The position numbers were made by a program, and so were the translations under genes. DNA of 64,000 nucleotides, taken from assembly GCF_009914755.1 (NCBI RefSeq), contig NC_060934.1; one strand, 5' to 3'. Numbering within the stretch: the stretch's first letter is position 1; every line of letters starts with the position of its first letter. The notes under the pieces are model-generated. The model was not told where the DNA came from, made no database searches, and worked only from the letters and a program-made list of their open reading frames with translations. Shown piece by piece: positions 40,829 to 63,690 of this stretch. This DNA comes from the human T2T-CHM13v2.0 reference genome, Homo sapiens.

Positions 40829-42175
40829 CATAATGCGCTACTGGTTCTCTTTCTTATGTCCCTCCTATTCCATCCCCTATTTTTTTCCCAATTTAAAAAG
40901 TCATTTTCAAACACACATAATATAAAATTTAACATCTTAACCACTTTTAAGTGTACAGTTCAGTGATATTAAATACATAATATTCTGCAACAATTACTAC
41001 CATCCATCTCCATAACTCTTTTCATCATGAAAAACTGAAACTCTATACACATTAAACAATAACTCCCCATTTCCCTCTCCCATCAACCCGACACCTACCA
41101 TTCGACTGTCTTATGATTTTGACTACTCTAAGTACTTCATAAAGTGGAGTCATAATACAGTATTTATCCTTTTGTGACTTGCTCATTCCACTTAGGCATA
41201 ATGTCCTCCAGGTTGGACCATGTTGTAGCAAATGTCAGGGTTTTCTTCCTTTTTAAGGCTGCATAGTATTTATTATATGTATATACCACATTTTGCTTGT
41301 CCCTTCATATGTCAATGGATACTTGAGTTACTTCTTTTTTTGTTGTTGTTGTTTTTGAGACCGAGTCTCGCTCTGTTGCCCAGGCTGGAGTGCAGTGGCG
41401 CGGTCTTGGCTCACACTGCAAGCTCCATCTCCCGGGTTCACGCCATTCTCCTGCCTCAGCCTCCCAAGGAGCTGGGACTACAGGCGCCTGCCATCTCTCC
41501 CGGCTAATTTTTTGTATTTTTAGTAGAGACGGGGTTTCACCATATTAGCCAGGATGGTCTCCATCTCCTGACCTTGTGATCTGCCCGCCTTGGCCTCCCT
41601 AAGAGCCGGGATTACAGGCGTGAGCTACGGAGCCCGGCCTTGAGTTACTTCTTACTTTTAGCTATTATGAATAATGTTGCTATGAATATGGGTTTTCAAT
41701 TCTTTTGGGTATTTACCCAGAATTGTAATTGCTGGATCATATGATAATTCTATTTTAAAGTTTTTGAGGAACCGACAAACTATTTTCCACAGTGGCTGGA
41801 CCATTTTACATTCCTACCAACAGTGCATAAGGGTTCCAATTTCTCCACATCCTCACCAACGTTTATTTTCTGTTTCTTTTTTTTTTTTCAAGTAGCCATC
41901 CATTGGGTGTGAGGTGCTATCTCATTGTAGTTTTGATTTGTATTTCCCTAATGATTAATGATGTTGAGCATCTTTTCATGTGTTTACTGGCCATTTTGTG
42001 TATCTTTGGAGAAATGTCTGTTTAAGTCCTTTGCCCATTTTTAAATTGGTTTGCTTTTTTGTTGTTGAGTTTTAGGAATTTTCTATATATTTTGGATATT
42101 TTCAGATACATAAACGGCAAAAATTTTTTCCCCATTACTGTGGGTTGCCTTTTTACTCATTGATACCGTGTGGTC

Positions 42176-42956
<781 letters not shown>

Positions 42957-43007
42957 TCTTTTTTTTTCCCTTGGGTTTGTTTGTTTGTTTGTTTGTTTGT
43001 TTTTTGA

Positions 43008-43166
<159 letters not shown>

Positions 43167-44133
43167 TAGTAGAGATGGGGTTTCACCATGTTGGTCAGGC
43201 TGGTCTTGATCTCCTGATCTCAGGTGATCCGTCCACCCTGGCCTCCCAAAGTACTGGGATTACAGGCGTGAGCCCGTGCCTGGGCTATTTTTTTTTTCTC
43301 CCCTTTAAATATAGTATCTTGCTTTATTGCCCAGACTTGTTGTGAACTCCTGGACTCAAATAGTCCTCCTACCTCAGCCTTCCAGGTAGCTGGGATCACA
43401 GGGATGCTGTCTTTTGATACACAAACATTTTAAATTTTTATGAAGTCCAGTTTGTCTTTTTGTTTTTGTTCCCTGTATCTTTGGTGTTATATCCAAGAAA
43501 TCATTGCCAAATCCATTGTTGTGAAGCTTTTGCCTTATGTTTTCTTCTAAGAGTTTTATAGCTTTAGGTCTTACATACATTTTTGATCCATTTTGAGTTA
43601 ATATTTGTATATTGTGTTAGATAAGGGTCCAACCTCATTCTTTTGCATATGGATATTTAGTTTCCCAGCACCATTTGGTGAAAAGCTTGTCTTTTTCTGA
43701 TTGAATGGTCTTGGCAACCTTATTAAAAATCATTTGCTCATATGTAAGAGGGCTTATTTCTAAGTGCTGTTATGTTCCATTGGTCTATAAGTCTGTCTTT
43801 ATGTCAGTACCACATGGTTTTGATTATTGCAGCTTTGTAGTAAGTTTTGAAATCAGGAAGTGTGAGTCCTCCAGCTTTGTTCTTTTTCAAGATTGTTTTG
43901 GCTATCTGGACTCCCTTGGGATTCCATATGAATTTGAGGATGAATTTTTCTATTTTTGTAAAACACGTCATTGGGATTTTAATAGGGATTACATTGAATC
44001 TATAGATCACTTTGGGTAGTATTGGCATCTTAACAATATTAAGTCTTTCAGTTCATGAACAAGGGATGTGTTTCCATTTATTTATGCCCCTTAATTTCTG
44101 CCAGCAGTTTTTTTTTGTTTGTTTTTGTTTTGA

Positions 44134-44238
<105 letters not shown>

Positions 44239-44241
44239 TGA

Positions 44242-44442
<201 letters not shown>

Positions 44443-44660
44443 TAAGTCTTTCACCTCCTTGGTTAAATTAATTACTAATATTTTATTCTTTTTGGTGCTA
44501 TTTTAAATTGAGTTGTTTTTGTAATTTCCTTTTTAGATTGTTCATTCTTAGTGTATAAAAATGTAACTGGAGGCTGGACGCAGTGGCTCTCACCTGTTAT
44601 CCCAGCACTTTGGGAGGCAAGGTGGGCCTCCCAACTCCTGATCACGAGATCAGGAGTTCA

Positions 44661-45268
<608 letters not shown>

Positions 45269-45639
45269 TGAGCCACTGTGCCTGGCTTTTTTTTTTTTTT
45301 AATTAACTATTGAACTTCTGTTTATTATTATTATTATTATTTATTTATTTATTATTTTTTGAGATGAAATCTCGGTCTGTTGCCCAGGCGGGAGTGCAGT
45401 GGTGTGATCTCGGCTCACTGCAACCTCCGCCTCCCGGGTTCAAGCAATTCTGTGCCTCAGCCTCCGGAGTAGCTGGGATTATAGGCGCTCGCCACCATGC
45501 CCGGCCAATTTTTGTATTTTTAGTAGAGATAGGGTTTCATCATGTTGGTCAGGCTGGTCTTGAACTCCTGACCTCGTGATCCGCCCGCTTCGGCCTCCCA
45601 AAGTGTTGGGATTACAGGCGTGAGCCACTGCACTTGGCC

Positions 45640-45822
45640 TTATTTTTATTATTTTTTTCATCAACTTTTAAGTTCTGGGGTACATGTGCATGATGTGCAG
45701 GTTTATCACATAGGTAAACCTGTGCCATCACAGTTTGCTGCACAGATCAACCCATCACCTAGCTATTAAGCCCAGCATCCACTAGCTATTCTTCTTGATG
45801 CTCTAGCTCCTTTTGCCCCACT
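45640..45822 (-). mobile_element. Short L1PA-type 3' end nested in the older L1
   Basis: AAGTTCTGGGGTACATGTGCA..CCCATCACCTAG..TATTAAGCCCAGCATCCA is the L1PA 3' terminus; TSD AATTTTAGRGTTTTCTTT at 44976-44993 and 45824-45841. Confidence 0.75.
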
Positions 45823-45824
45823 GA

Positions 45825-46016
<192 letters not shown>

Positions 46017-46478
46017 TAGTTTTAGTAGAGACAGGGTTTCACTATGTTGGCAAGGCTGGTCTCAAACTCCTGACCTCAAGTCCCCTTGGGGTTCCTGAAG
46101 TACTGGGATTATAGGTGTGAGCCACCACGCCCGGCCAGATTTTCTATATAAAAGATCATATAATCTGCAGACAGATAATTTTACTTTTTCCTTTTCTTTC
46201 TTTTTTTCTTTTTTTGAGATGGAGTCTCGCTCTGTCGCCCAGGCTGGAGCGCGGTGGCGCCATCTCTGCTTACTGTTACCTCTGCCTCCTGGGTTCAAGC
46301 AGTTCTCTGCCTCAGCCTCCCAAGTAGCTGGGATTACATGCACATGCCACCACGCCCAGCTAATTTTTGTATTTTTAGTAGAGATGGGAGTTCATCATCT
46401 TGGCTAGGCTGGTCTTGAACTCCTGACCTCGTGATCCATCCGCCTTGGCCTCCCAAAGTGCTGGGATTACAGGCATGA

Positions 46479-46751
<273 letters not shown>

Positions 46752-48144
46752 TAGCCAGGCTGGTCTCGATCTCCTGACCTCGCGATCCGCCTGCCTCAGC
46801 CTTCCAAAGTGCTGGGATTACAGGCGTGAGCCACCATGCCCGGCCCTTGTTTTTCTTTCTTGCCTAATTACTCTAGCTAGAACTTACAGTATTATGTCGA
46901 ATGGAAGTGGCAAAAGTGGGCATTGGGCATCCTTGTCTTGCTCCTGTTCTTTTATTTGTTAGTTTGTTTGAGATCCTCCTGCCTCAGTTTCCTGAGTAGC
47001 TGGGACTATAGACACACTACTACACCCAGCTAATTAAAAAAATAATTTTTTTTTTTTTTTTAGAGATGGGGTCTCGCTATGTTTCCCATGCTGATCCTGA
47101 ACTCCTGGCTTCGGGTGATCCTCTACTCTTACCCTCCCATAGTGCTGTGATTACAGGCATGAACCACTGTGCTGGCCCTGTTCTTGTTTTTAGAGGAACA
47201 TTCTTCAGTCTTTGACCATCAATTATGTTTGCTGTGGGTTTTTCATATGTTGCTTTTATTTTGTTGAGGTAGTTTCACTCTATTCCTAGTTTGTTGAGCA
47301 TTTTTATGACTAATGGGTTTTGAATTTTGTCACATGCTTTTCCTGCATCGATTGACATGATTCTGTGGTTTCCTTCATTCTGTTAATGTGGTATATTACA
47401 TTGATCAATTTTTACATGTTGGACCATCCCTGTATTCCAGGAATAAATCCCACTTGGTCATGGTGTATAATCCTTGTGCTGCTCAGTTCAATGTGTTGGT
47501 ATTTTGTTGAGGATTTTTTTTTATCAGTGTTCATAAGGGATAGTGATCTGTAGTTTTCTTGTAGTTGCCTTTGTCTGGCTTTGGTATCAGGGTAATGCTT
47601 GCCTCACAAAATGAGTTGGGAAGTGTTCTCTCCTTTGCCAGATTTTTTCTGGGAAAAGATTGAGAAGAACTGGTATTAGATCTTCTTGAAATGTTTTATA
47701 GAATTCACCTATGAAACTATCAGATCTAGGGCTTTTCTTTGTCAGGAGATTTTTGGTTAGTGAGTCCATCTCTTTACTGGTTATAGCTCCATTCAGAATT
47801 TCCATTTCTTTGTGATTTAGTCTTTGTAAGTATTGTGTTTCTAGGAATTTGTTCAGCTGGGTTATCCGATTTGTTGGCATACAATTGTTGAAAATACTCT
47901 TTCAACAATAAGAGAGAAGACACAAATAACTAGTTCTTTTGTTTCCAGTTCCTTAAGTTGTAAAGTTAGGGTGTTGATATGAGATCTTTCTTGCTTTTTA
48001 ATGTAAGCATTCATAGCTATAAATTTCCCCCTTAGCACTGCTTTTGCTGTGTCCCGTAAGTTTTGGTATGTTGTATTTTCATTTTCATTAATCTCTAAAA
48101 TTTTCTAATTTTCCTTGTGATGTCTTTGAACCCTGGTTACTTAA

Positions 48145-48159
48145 ACACACACACACACA

Positions 48160-48192
<33 letters not shown>
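48145..48192. repeat. (AC)9(GT)15 palindromic microsatellite
   Basis: Read directly. Confidence 0.9.
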
Positions 48193-48194
<2 letters not shown>

Positions 48195-48217
48195 TTTTTT
48201 GTTTGTTTTGAGACTGA

Positions 48218-48319
<102 letters not shown>

Positions 48320-48586
48320 TAGCTGGGATTACAGGCGCCTGCCACCACGCCTGGCTAATTTCACACACACATTTAAAAAATACATCTACCTGCTTTTACT
48401 TCAGAATCTTTGCAATTTCTGTTCTCTCTGCCTGAAAATTTTTTCCACCAAAATATCTACAGGGCCTGGCTCCCTTGCTTTTTAGGTTCTGCTTAAATAT
48501 CACCTGCGTAGAAGCATTCCCTAACTACCCTAAAATAGCAACCAACTATCTTCCACCCTCAACACTTCCTATCCCCCTTAAACTGC

Positions 48587-48617
<31 letters not shown>

Positions 48618-50209
48618 TTGAGACAGAGTCTCGCTCTGTTGCCCAGGCCTGGAGTGCAGTGGCGCATTCTTGGCTCACCGCAACCTCCACTTCAGCCTCC
48701 CAAGTAGCTGGGACTGTAGGTGGCTGCCACCATGCCTGGCTAATTTTTTTTTTTTTGAGATGGAGTCTCACTCTTTCACCCAGGCTGGAGTGTAGTGGCA
48801 CAGTCTCGGCTCACTGCAGCCTCCATCTCCCAGGTTCAAGTGATTTCTGGCTAATTTTTGTATTTTTAGTAGAGATGAGGTTTCACCATATTGGCCAGGG
48901 CTAGTTTCGAACTTCTGACCTCAAGTGATCTGCCCACCTTGGCCTCCCAAAGTGCTAGGATTACAGGTGTGAGCCACTGTGCCTGGCCTAATTTTTGTAT
49001 TTTTAATAGTGATGGGTTTTTACTATGTTGGCCAGGCTGATCTCAAACTCCTGACCTCAAGTGATTCACCCACCTCAGCTTCCCAAAGTGCTGAGATTAC
49101 AGGCGTGAGCCACTGTGCCTGGCCTGCTTTATTTTCATTTCTAATTTATCAGCATCTAATATATTTATTCATTTTATAGTCATCTCTTCCTTCAACTAAG
49201 TTAAAAGCTCCCTGAGCACAGGATTTTGGTGTTTTTTTCTTTCCTTTAACTTTGTATTGTTCATTGCTGTATCTCCAGTGTCTAGAAAATTACCTATCAC
49301 ATAGTAAGTACTTGATGAATATTTGTGGAATGAGTTAATTTAGCACTTCTCCACAGGATAGGACTTAGGTTTTTTTAATCCTCAATCTCCCTTCCCTCAC
49401 CATTTTGATTGTTTGAATTTTTATATAACTATGGTGAAGCCAACAAATTGATGGATTTGTTAGTGTGAGCAGCCGAAACTTTGCAATTTCTAATAAGTTA
49501 GAGAAGTCTGGGTAGGAAACTAATGACTTGGCAGTACTCTTTCTTAGAGTACACATAGTCCCTAAAGCTTCTCTGAGAATTTTGATAACTTTGAGGAATG
49601 TGTGATCTGTATGAATTTCCTATCACTTAGTCCTGACAATGTGAATGGTATTCATTTGGTAACTTAATTTTATACGTCCAGGCAAGATACTAGTTTAGGG
49701 GATGCCAAAAATAATAGACTAATTGGAAAAGCTTTAGCCACATGAGAGCAATTCACTCCACTTGATGCTCTTGGCCTACCTCAGTATAAGTTGGTTCTAC
49801 CTTAGTTTTGTTGAAGTTTTAATAATACTGTACATTCATGTTGGTTATATGCATTGTGTAAGTTTTAGTATAGTTGGCAAATGAAAGCATTACCAGATAC
49901 TACCTGGGAGTTAAGTTTCCTAGGATCACAGATTTGGTCTTCTGATCACTTGGAAGTATACTTAGAGTGGGCTGTGCCAGGGGAAGTTGAGGTATCCTTC
50001 TTAAATAAGTAGCAACTTGGTTTATCTAGTGATAAGGGGGAAATAATTTCCTGTTTGGCACTTTCTCCAAAATATATGATACTCAATGGGAAAAATGAAC
50101 TCAGGTCAAGATTATGTCTCTCCCTTTGGCCCAGACATGTATTGAGTATATAATTGTCTTATTGATGCTACTCTGTGGACTGTGATATTAGTTTTCCCAT
50201 AATTCCTCT

Positions 50210-50710
50210 TAGGATGACATTTATTAGGCAATGTAGTTTAACAGATATTTAAGAACCTACTGTGTGCTAAGCATGGTAGTTGTTGCTGGGGAAACAGTAA
50301 ACTAGACAGTATTTCTTTCTGTAGTGATCTGAGGTTTAGTGGGTAACACATTAAAAAAAAAGATAAGAGAGGTGATGTTTAGAAAAGGTGTATAAAGGGT
50401 GCTGTAGGAATATATAGCAGACATTTAATGTGGTCTTGGTTGGAGCAGGTGGGGGAGGCACATAGGATAGAAAGGACTTCCTGAGGAAATAATCATTTCA
50501 ACTAAATACCTACTCAGGCATTTCCGTAGAATGAGGACTCTTGATCCAGTCGGCAGTGTAGACCTTCTGTGTCTATTCACTCATTTAAAAATGGGGCTAA
50601 TAATATTACCAACCTCACAGTGTTGTGTGGACAAACTGAGTGAGCACAATGCAAAGCACTTGAAACAATAAGTACCTGGCACATAGTAAGTACTCAACTT
50701 ATTAGTCATT
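50210..50710. mobile_element. L2 and MIR fragments
   Basis: CCTACTGTGTGCTAAGCATGG (L2); AAAATGGGGCTAATAATA..CCTCACAGTGTTGTGTGGA..CCTGGCACATAGTAAGTACTCAA (MIR). Confidence 0.65.
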
Positions 50711-50803
50711 ATTTTTATGTACTTTTTATTTTGTGCCAGGTATCTACTGGCAGATTAGTATTTTGAACACAAATTTGACATGTTTTTTTCTACTACATCA
50801 TAA

Positions 50804-51000
<197 letters not shown>

Positions 51001-51574
51001 TAATAGAGACAGAGTTTCTGCATGTTGGTCAGGCTGGTCTCGAACTCCCGACCTCAGGTGATCCGCCTGCCTCGGCCTCCCAAAGTGCTGGGATTACAGG
51101 CGTGAGCCACTGCGCCCAGCCTTGATCAGATTTTAAGAATAGGAGAAATGGAATTCTGAAAAATAAGTTTGGCATTTTTACAAGTTAAAACCTGTTAGTG
51201 GCTGGGCACAGTGTCTCACTTCTGTAATACTAGCACCTTGGGAAGCTGAGGTGGGATAATCACTTGAGCCCGGAAGTTTGAGACCAGCCTGTGCAACACA
51301 GCAAGACCCCATCTCTACCATCAAAACAAAACAAATCTATTCGTATCTGCTCTAAGAAGCTGCCAGAATTGTAATGTCTTAACATATCTTTGAACATTTA
51401 AAAAATTATATTTGTGAAACTTGAGACACTTATAATTTTACTGTCTGCTTTAGCAATATCACTTAGTCCTGATTTAATCTCCATCACCAACAATGTGGTC
51501 AAAATTTCGCATTTTTCTTGACAAATGTAGTTAGTGAAAATGTCATTGATAACCTGAGAACTAAGAGCTCTTGA

Positions 51575-51775
<201 letters not shown>

Positions 51776-51954
51776 TAATTTTAATATACATATTTTACCT
51801 GGAAAATGGTGTATACTTAGAAATTTCAGTTGTCTCTGAATTGTCAGATGGCTTCTAGTGGGCTGAATTATGAATTAGTTAACATACGAAAAACAAAATT
51901 ATTAAAATGAGTAATTTTGAGGTTGATTTTTTTTTTTTTAATTTTTTTCGTTAG

Positions 51955-52053
<99 letters not shown>

Positions 52054-52077
52054 TAAGTAAAAGGGTGTTTTTTCTGA

Positions 52078-52467
<390 letters not shown>

Positions 52468-52494
52468 TGATTTAACACTTGTTAATCTTTACAG

Positions 52495-52573
52495 GTATGG
52501 CCAAACTGGCACTGGAAAAACTTTTACAATGGAAGGTGAAAGGTCACCTAATGAAGAGTATACCTGGGAAGAG
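52495..52573 (+). CDS. KIF11: KIF11 exon 4 (79 nt): [26 protein letters not shown] (P-loop and loop L5)
   Basis: acag acceptor and GAG|GTATTT donor; Walker A motif GQTGTGKT. Confidence 0.98.
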
Positions 52574-53745
52574 GTATTTATTGTTTATAACATACTTTTA
52601 TCTCTAATGTGACTGAAATTTAACTGTATAAAACTTGTTTGAGGGCCTCTGTCTTGGAATAGAGATCAGAGTACCTATGTCAAAATGAACTTAGGATAAA
52701 CCACTACTACAGTAAAATTAAAGTGCATGGTATGACTCCTGTTTAAGAAACAGCCTCAATGGAAGAGGAAGGACCAATATATATGGCACAGTTATATGAT
52801 AAAAGAGGAGTCTATTTATGACAGAATGGTTGGAGCAGAATATTGTAGAAAAGTTGGAATATGAGTGAAGCTTGAAGGCAGGGAGGGCTTTGTATTGAAG
52901 GAATGGGTCTCAGAAAGTTAGCATGGCCAGGGGAAGTATAGTACTTTATTCATGATGATCCTAAGTGTTCAAGAAATTAAGATGAATGTATTGTTTAATA
53001 TTGCAGAAAGCATATACTATGTTTTACAAAGATTTCCATGAATTTAAGTGAGTTTAATAACTAAGAGAGAGAACCAATACTGGAAGAAAGTTGAAAGAAG
53101 ACCAAGACAAGTTGAACTAGAGCTGAAGTGTTAAAACTTTTAAAAAAAAGTTTAGTTTTAAATTTAGTAATGTGTTTAAATTTAAATGAGTTTAATAACT
53201 AGTTAATTGGTCGGGCACGGTGGCTCATGCCTGTAATCCTAGCACTTTGGGAGGCTGAGGCGGGCAGATCACCTGAGGTCAGCAGTTCGAGACCAGCCTG
53301 GCCAACATGGTGAAACCCGGTCTCTACTAAAAATACAAAAATTAGCTGGGTGTGGTGGTGCATACGTGTAATCCCAGCTACCTGAGAACGAGACTCTGTC
53401 TCAAAAAAAAACAAAAAAACAAAAAACCAAAAAACTAGTTAATTTAAAAAAAAAAAGAATTTTTTTTAATTTTTTTTTTTTTTTTTAAATTTTAAAGTGA
53501 TGGGGTCCCACTGTGTTCCCCAGGCCAGTCTTGAACTCTTGGGCTTCAGGAGTCCTCCCACTTCAGCCTCCTGAGTAGCTGGGATTAGAGGCACATACTA
53601 CCTTGCCCAGCTAATTTTCCAAATTATTGACAGTTGGGTAGAACCTTTCTTCTAGTGGTTACATAATTGAGTCATTAACTTACTTTACATATATAGATAA
53701 TAAAGTTATGAAATTGTTACCATAGGAGATATGGAATAGGCTTAA

Positions 53746-53902
<157 letters not shown>

Positions 53903-54349
53903 TAGCTGGGACTACAGGTACATACCACCAAGTCCGGCTAATTTTTGTATTTTTAGTAGAGATGGGGTTTCACCGTGTTGGCCGGGATGGTCTTGATCTC
54001 CTGACCTTGTGATCCACCTGCCTTGACCTCCCAAAGTGCTGGGATTATAGGCGTGAGCCACCGTGCCTGGCCGAACTTGGCTTTTTAAGTAGATAGGTTC
54101 CATTGGTTTCTATGTAATGCTCAGGGATGAAGATGGCTAAGAAGTGTGACAGGTTTATGGAGGGTGTGAAGACTACTGTAGAACAGACTGTTGTAAATGA
54201 CTTCTCTAACATTAGGTTAGTTGTTTCTTTTTTTGTTTTGTTTTAACTTGCTTTGCCATACTTATGTTTAAATATATTATAAAGGAGGCCCATGTATTTT
54301 AACTGCCACAGTAAATGGCATTCTTCCTTTATATTAGTCCTTATTATAA

Positions 54350-54571
<222 letters not shown>

Positions 54572-54596
54572 TGAATTTTAATGTGTGAGGCTTTGA

Positions 54597-54602
<6 letters not shown>

Positions 54603-54680
<78 letters not shown>
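54603..54680 (+). repeat. Compound microsatellite (AG)19(TG)20 in KIF11 intron 5 (probably marker D10S583)
   Basis: Repeat read directly. Marker identity is from recall of its position near IDE and its flanking primers; not verified. Confidence 0.9.
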
Positions 54681-54684
<4 letters not shown>

Positions 54685-54695
54685 AACCAATCTAA

Positions 54696-54848
<153 letters not shown>

Positions 54849-55074
54849 TAAGAAAGCCATAGTCTCTTCCCTAGCCCCATTTTCTTTTAAGAAGAATTAG
54901 GAACTTGGAGAAAGTCAAATTGGGGTGGGTCAGGGTATGTGGGTCACGTACCTAGAGTTTGTGTTATAAGGAGGGGTCATTGGTAATTGGCTTGAGATTT
55001 ATATGGAAGGAACCAATATTGGAAGAATGTTGAAAGGAGAACAAAGATAAGTTGAACCATAGCTGAAGTATTAA

Positions 55075-55311
<237 letters not shown>

Positions 55312-56570
55312 TGAACCACCTGCCTTGGCCTCCCAAAGTGCTGAGATTACACGTGTGAGCCACGGCGCCCGGCCTAAACTTTTTTAAAGTAGAAGAATCC
55401 TTTTATTCTAGTAACATGATATATGGAAGCCCAGGATAAAATGTGGCTGCTATAGTTGATTTTGGAATGGGACGCTCTGAGGCTTACCTCCTTAGCCTTA
55501 TGAAGGGGTCCCTGAGGCACTTTTGTGGAGCCCCCTACTGATATTAGAATATAGTTTGAAAACCCTTGCATTGAATAAGGATTAGAAGTTAGGTCTTTTA
55601 AAATGGCTTTATTTTAGTGTGGGAGACAGATGGTCACTAACACTGGCTTTCATGGGGTGAAAGGGATGATTTTTTTCGCTCTAAATATCTTTTACCGAAA
55701 TATAAAATTCCTTTTTAAAAAATTGTTTATTTTCCTCTCTTACCACTCTATTCATTGAGATATAAAATCCCTGTCATAAATTTACGTAAGTTAGAAACTC
55801 CTTTTTTCTTGTAAAGACCCGTACAGGACAAATTCCAAATTCTACAGATATAGTTTACTAAAACAGAAGTGGTTTTTTTGTGTGTGTGTGTGGTCTTTAA
55901 ACCTCAGAATGTAATAGAAAAAGCAATGGATTGCAATTAGATATTTGCGTGTAGTCTCAGTTTCGCGGTTAATTCAGTATGTGACTTTTTGTAAATAAGT
56001 GAATTTATCTGCTTATCAGTTTCTCTGAGCTACAAAATTATTGTTAGGATTAGAAGTCTTATTTCTTTTCTGGCTTGTAGTTGAAAATTTCTATAAAATG
56101 CCATAACAATTACAGTTGCAACTCTAAAAAAGTTTGCATTTAAAGAAAGAAGAAAAATATAACATAAAAGTGATTAAGATCATGGAATTTTGGATGATTT
56201 CAAAATTTTAATTAAATTTTCACTTAATGGCTTTCCAATAAAATGGAAATTTTATTCTGTGGTTGATTATAACTTAATTTCATGTAGAATTTTGAGAACT
56301 GAACTAAAGACTAGGTAAAATTTCTTTAGGTACATTTCACTAAAGTATAAAATTTCTATTTTTCCTTTTTTCTTGTATGTAGACTTGTATAAAGGTCACT
56401 TTTTATGAAGGTATGTGACAAAGAGGAGAAGCTAATTAATTCAGTTTTCCCAAATTAGAGCTAACTTCAATGCTTATTTGTATTAATTGCCTAATCTGGA
56501 TTAGGAATGGGTAGATAATGGTAGAAAAACATGAGATGAATAGTATTATTATTATTATTATTATTTTTGA

Positions 56571-56678
<108 letters not shown>

Positions 56679-56857
56679 TAGCTGGGACTACAGGTGCCCA
56701 CCACCACGCCTGGCTAATTTTTTGTATTTTTAGTAGAGACGGGGTTTCACTGTGTTAGCCAGGTTGGTCTCGATCTCCTGACCTCGTGATCCGTCCACCT
56801 CGGCTTCCCAAAGTGATTACAGGCGTGAGGCACCATGCCCGGTGGAGATGAATATTA

Positions 56858-57239
<382 letters not shown>

Positions 57240-58351
57240 TTAAAAAAGATACTTAATTTTTTTTTTAAGTAACATGAAAGTACAAAGAAGAAAATTGAAA
57301 CTTACCAGATTCTCTGTCAATTGTCAGTGATATTAACAAACATAATAATGTTCACCAAATGCCATTGGATACAGAAAGAATGTCTTTGGTCATCTGTATA
57401 ATTTTTTTTCCCCCTAAGATAAAAAGCACAGTATTTGTTTTGTTTTTTGTTTTTTTGTTTGCTTGTTTGTTTTTTTGTGATTTTTTTTTTTGAGACAGCG
57501 TCTCACTTTGTCACCCAGGCTGGAGTGCAGTAACTCAATCATGGCTTACTGCAGCCTTGACCTCCTGGGCTAAAGTGATCCTCCCACCTGAGCCTCCAGG
57601 GTAGCTGGAACTGTAGGAGCGTGCCACCACGCCCAGCTAATTTTTAAATTTTTTTGTAGAGATGATGGTCCCACTATGTTGCCCAGGCTGGTTTCGAACT
57701 CCTGAGTTAAAGTGACCCTCCTACCTTGGCCTCCCAAAGTGTTGGGATTACAGGCATGAGCTACCACCCCTGGCCTGAATATCAGTATTTAGCATAAGGT
57801 AGACTTTTGAACATTTTATAATCTAGCAGTGATTATCTTGTAGTGTTTTAGTAATCATGCTGTTTACTATTTCTGCTGTTAGGGGATAGGAGTCATCTAT
57901 TTCTGATGACAGTCTCAAAGCAGAGAAGTGTACTTGTGCATGTACACAACAGCTGACATGGATGGGAAGGTGGAAGAGTAAACTAATGCCTTACCTGGTA
58001 CCATTTGAATTTATGGTAATGACATATTTCAAATGGTTCTTATGAATAGAAGATGATTACAAGCCATCTCTTCTTGACATACCAGGCAACTGTTTCGACC
58101 CCACCCACATCCAGCTTTCAGAGGTGCCTCAGGATTCTAAGTCTTTTAGAGAGCTTCTTATTGATGCCTCTTTTGCAGGCAGTAGATATGAGAAAACAAA
58201 ATCCTAATCACTGTTCTATCTATCTCCTATCTTCCAAAATATTCTTGATATCTCCTGTCTGATGTTATCTTTCTCTACTCATGTGGATTTAGATCTTCTT
58301 TCCTGTTTTCAGTATTTCAGAAGCAGCAAATGCTATTTTACATTATAATGA

Positions 58352-58513
<162 letters not shown>

Positions 58514-58681
58514 TAGAGCAGCTTGAAATTTTGTCCTTGAGACAAAATTTTTGTGGTCACTGGGTGATTAGCTTTGTAGTGGGAGAAGAAATTTGTTAAT
58601 TACAGAAAAAATTATTTTGCTGGCGATTTAATACATTATGTATCCTGTGAGAATGAAAGTCTTTGAATCCAAATCCAATAG

Positions 58682-59104
<423 letters not shown>

Positions 59105-59264
59105 TGAGCTTAGGAGTGCCTGGGCAACATGCCGAAACCCTGTCTCTACCAAAAATACAAAAAATTAGCTGGGTTTGGTGGTGTACAACTGTGGTCCCAG
59201 CTACTTGGGGGGCTGAGGTGGGAGGATCACTTAAGCCTGGGAGGCAGAAGTTGCATTAAGCTGA

Positions 59265-59732
<468 letters not shown>

Positions 59733-60317
59733 TAGCTTCGTTCATTCTATGCTATAATGTAAAAGAATCTGGACATTGCATATGAATATATACAGGAGGA
59801 CACTCCTGAAGAAGTTATCTTTTTCCTTCCTGGCAGAGTTTTTAACCTTAAAAAGCCAGTTTCTTAATGGCTTTTTCCACACAGTCTTCAAAGAAAATTG
59901 CTGTGGTCATTAGCAGTGGGTGGTGTATGGAGATTTAATTGAGGACTTAGAAGCAGGCCAAGTGAATGCTCGCTAGTGTGGTAGAGGCTGCTTAGAGAAC
60001 ACTGAAGATGGCGTTGGATGTGTGAGAACAGAGAGGAAAACCAAGAAAAGTAACAAAGATGGTAAAATGTACGCTTATTTTATTGCTATCATCTGCCTTA
60101 AGTGGAAATTTTATTTATTTATTAATTTTTTTACTTTTAGAGGTAGAGTCTCATACTGTTGCCAAGGCCGCAGTACAGTAGCATGATCATGGCTCACTGC
60201 AACTTAAATTCCTGGACTCAAGTGATTCCCCCAACCACAGCCTCCTCCTGAGTAGCTAGTACTACAAGTGTGAGCCACCAGGCCTGGCTAAGTTTTGTTT
60301 TGTTTTGTTTTAAATAG

Positions 60318-60428
<111 letters not shown>

Positions 60429-60446
60429 TGACCTAAATGGATTTTA

Positions 60447-60710
<264 letters not shown>

Positions 60711-60779
60711 TCAAGCCTGGGTGACAGAGTGAGACTCTGTCTCAAAAAAACAAAAAAGCTTTTTTAAGGTGTCCAACTG

Positions 60780-63690
<2,911 letters not shown>

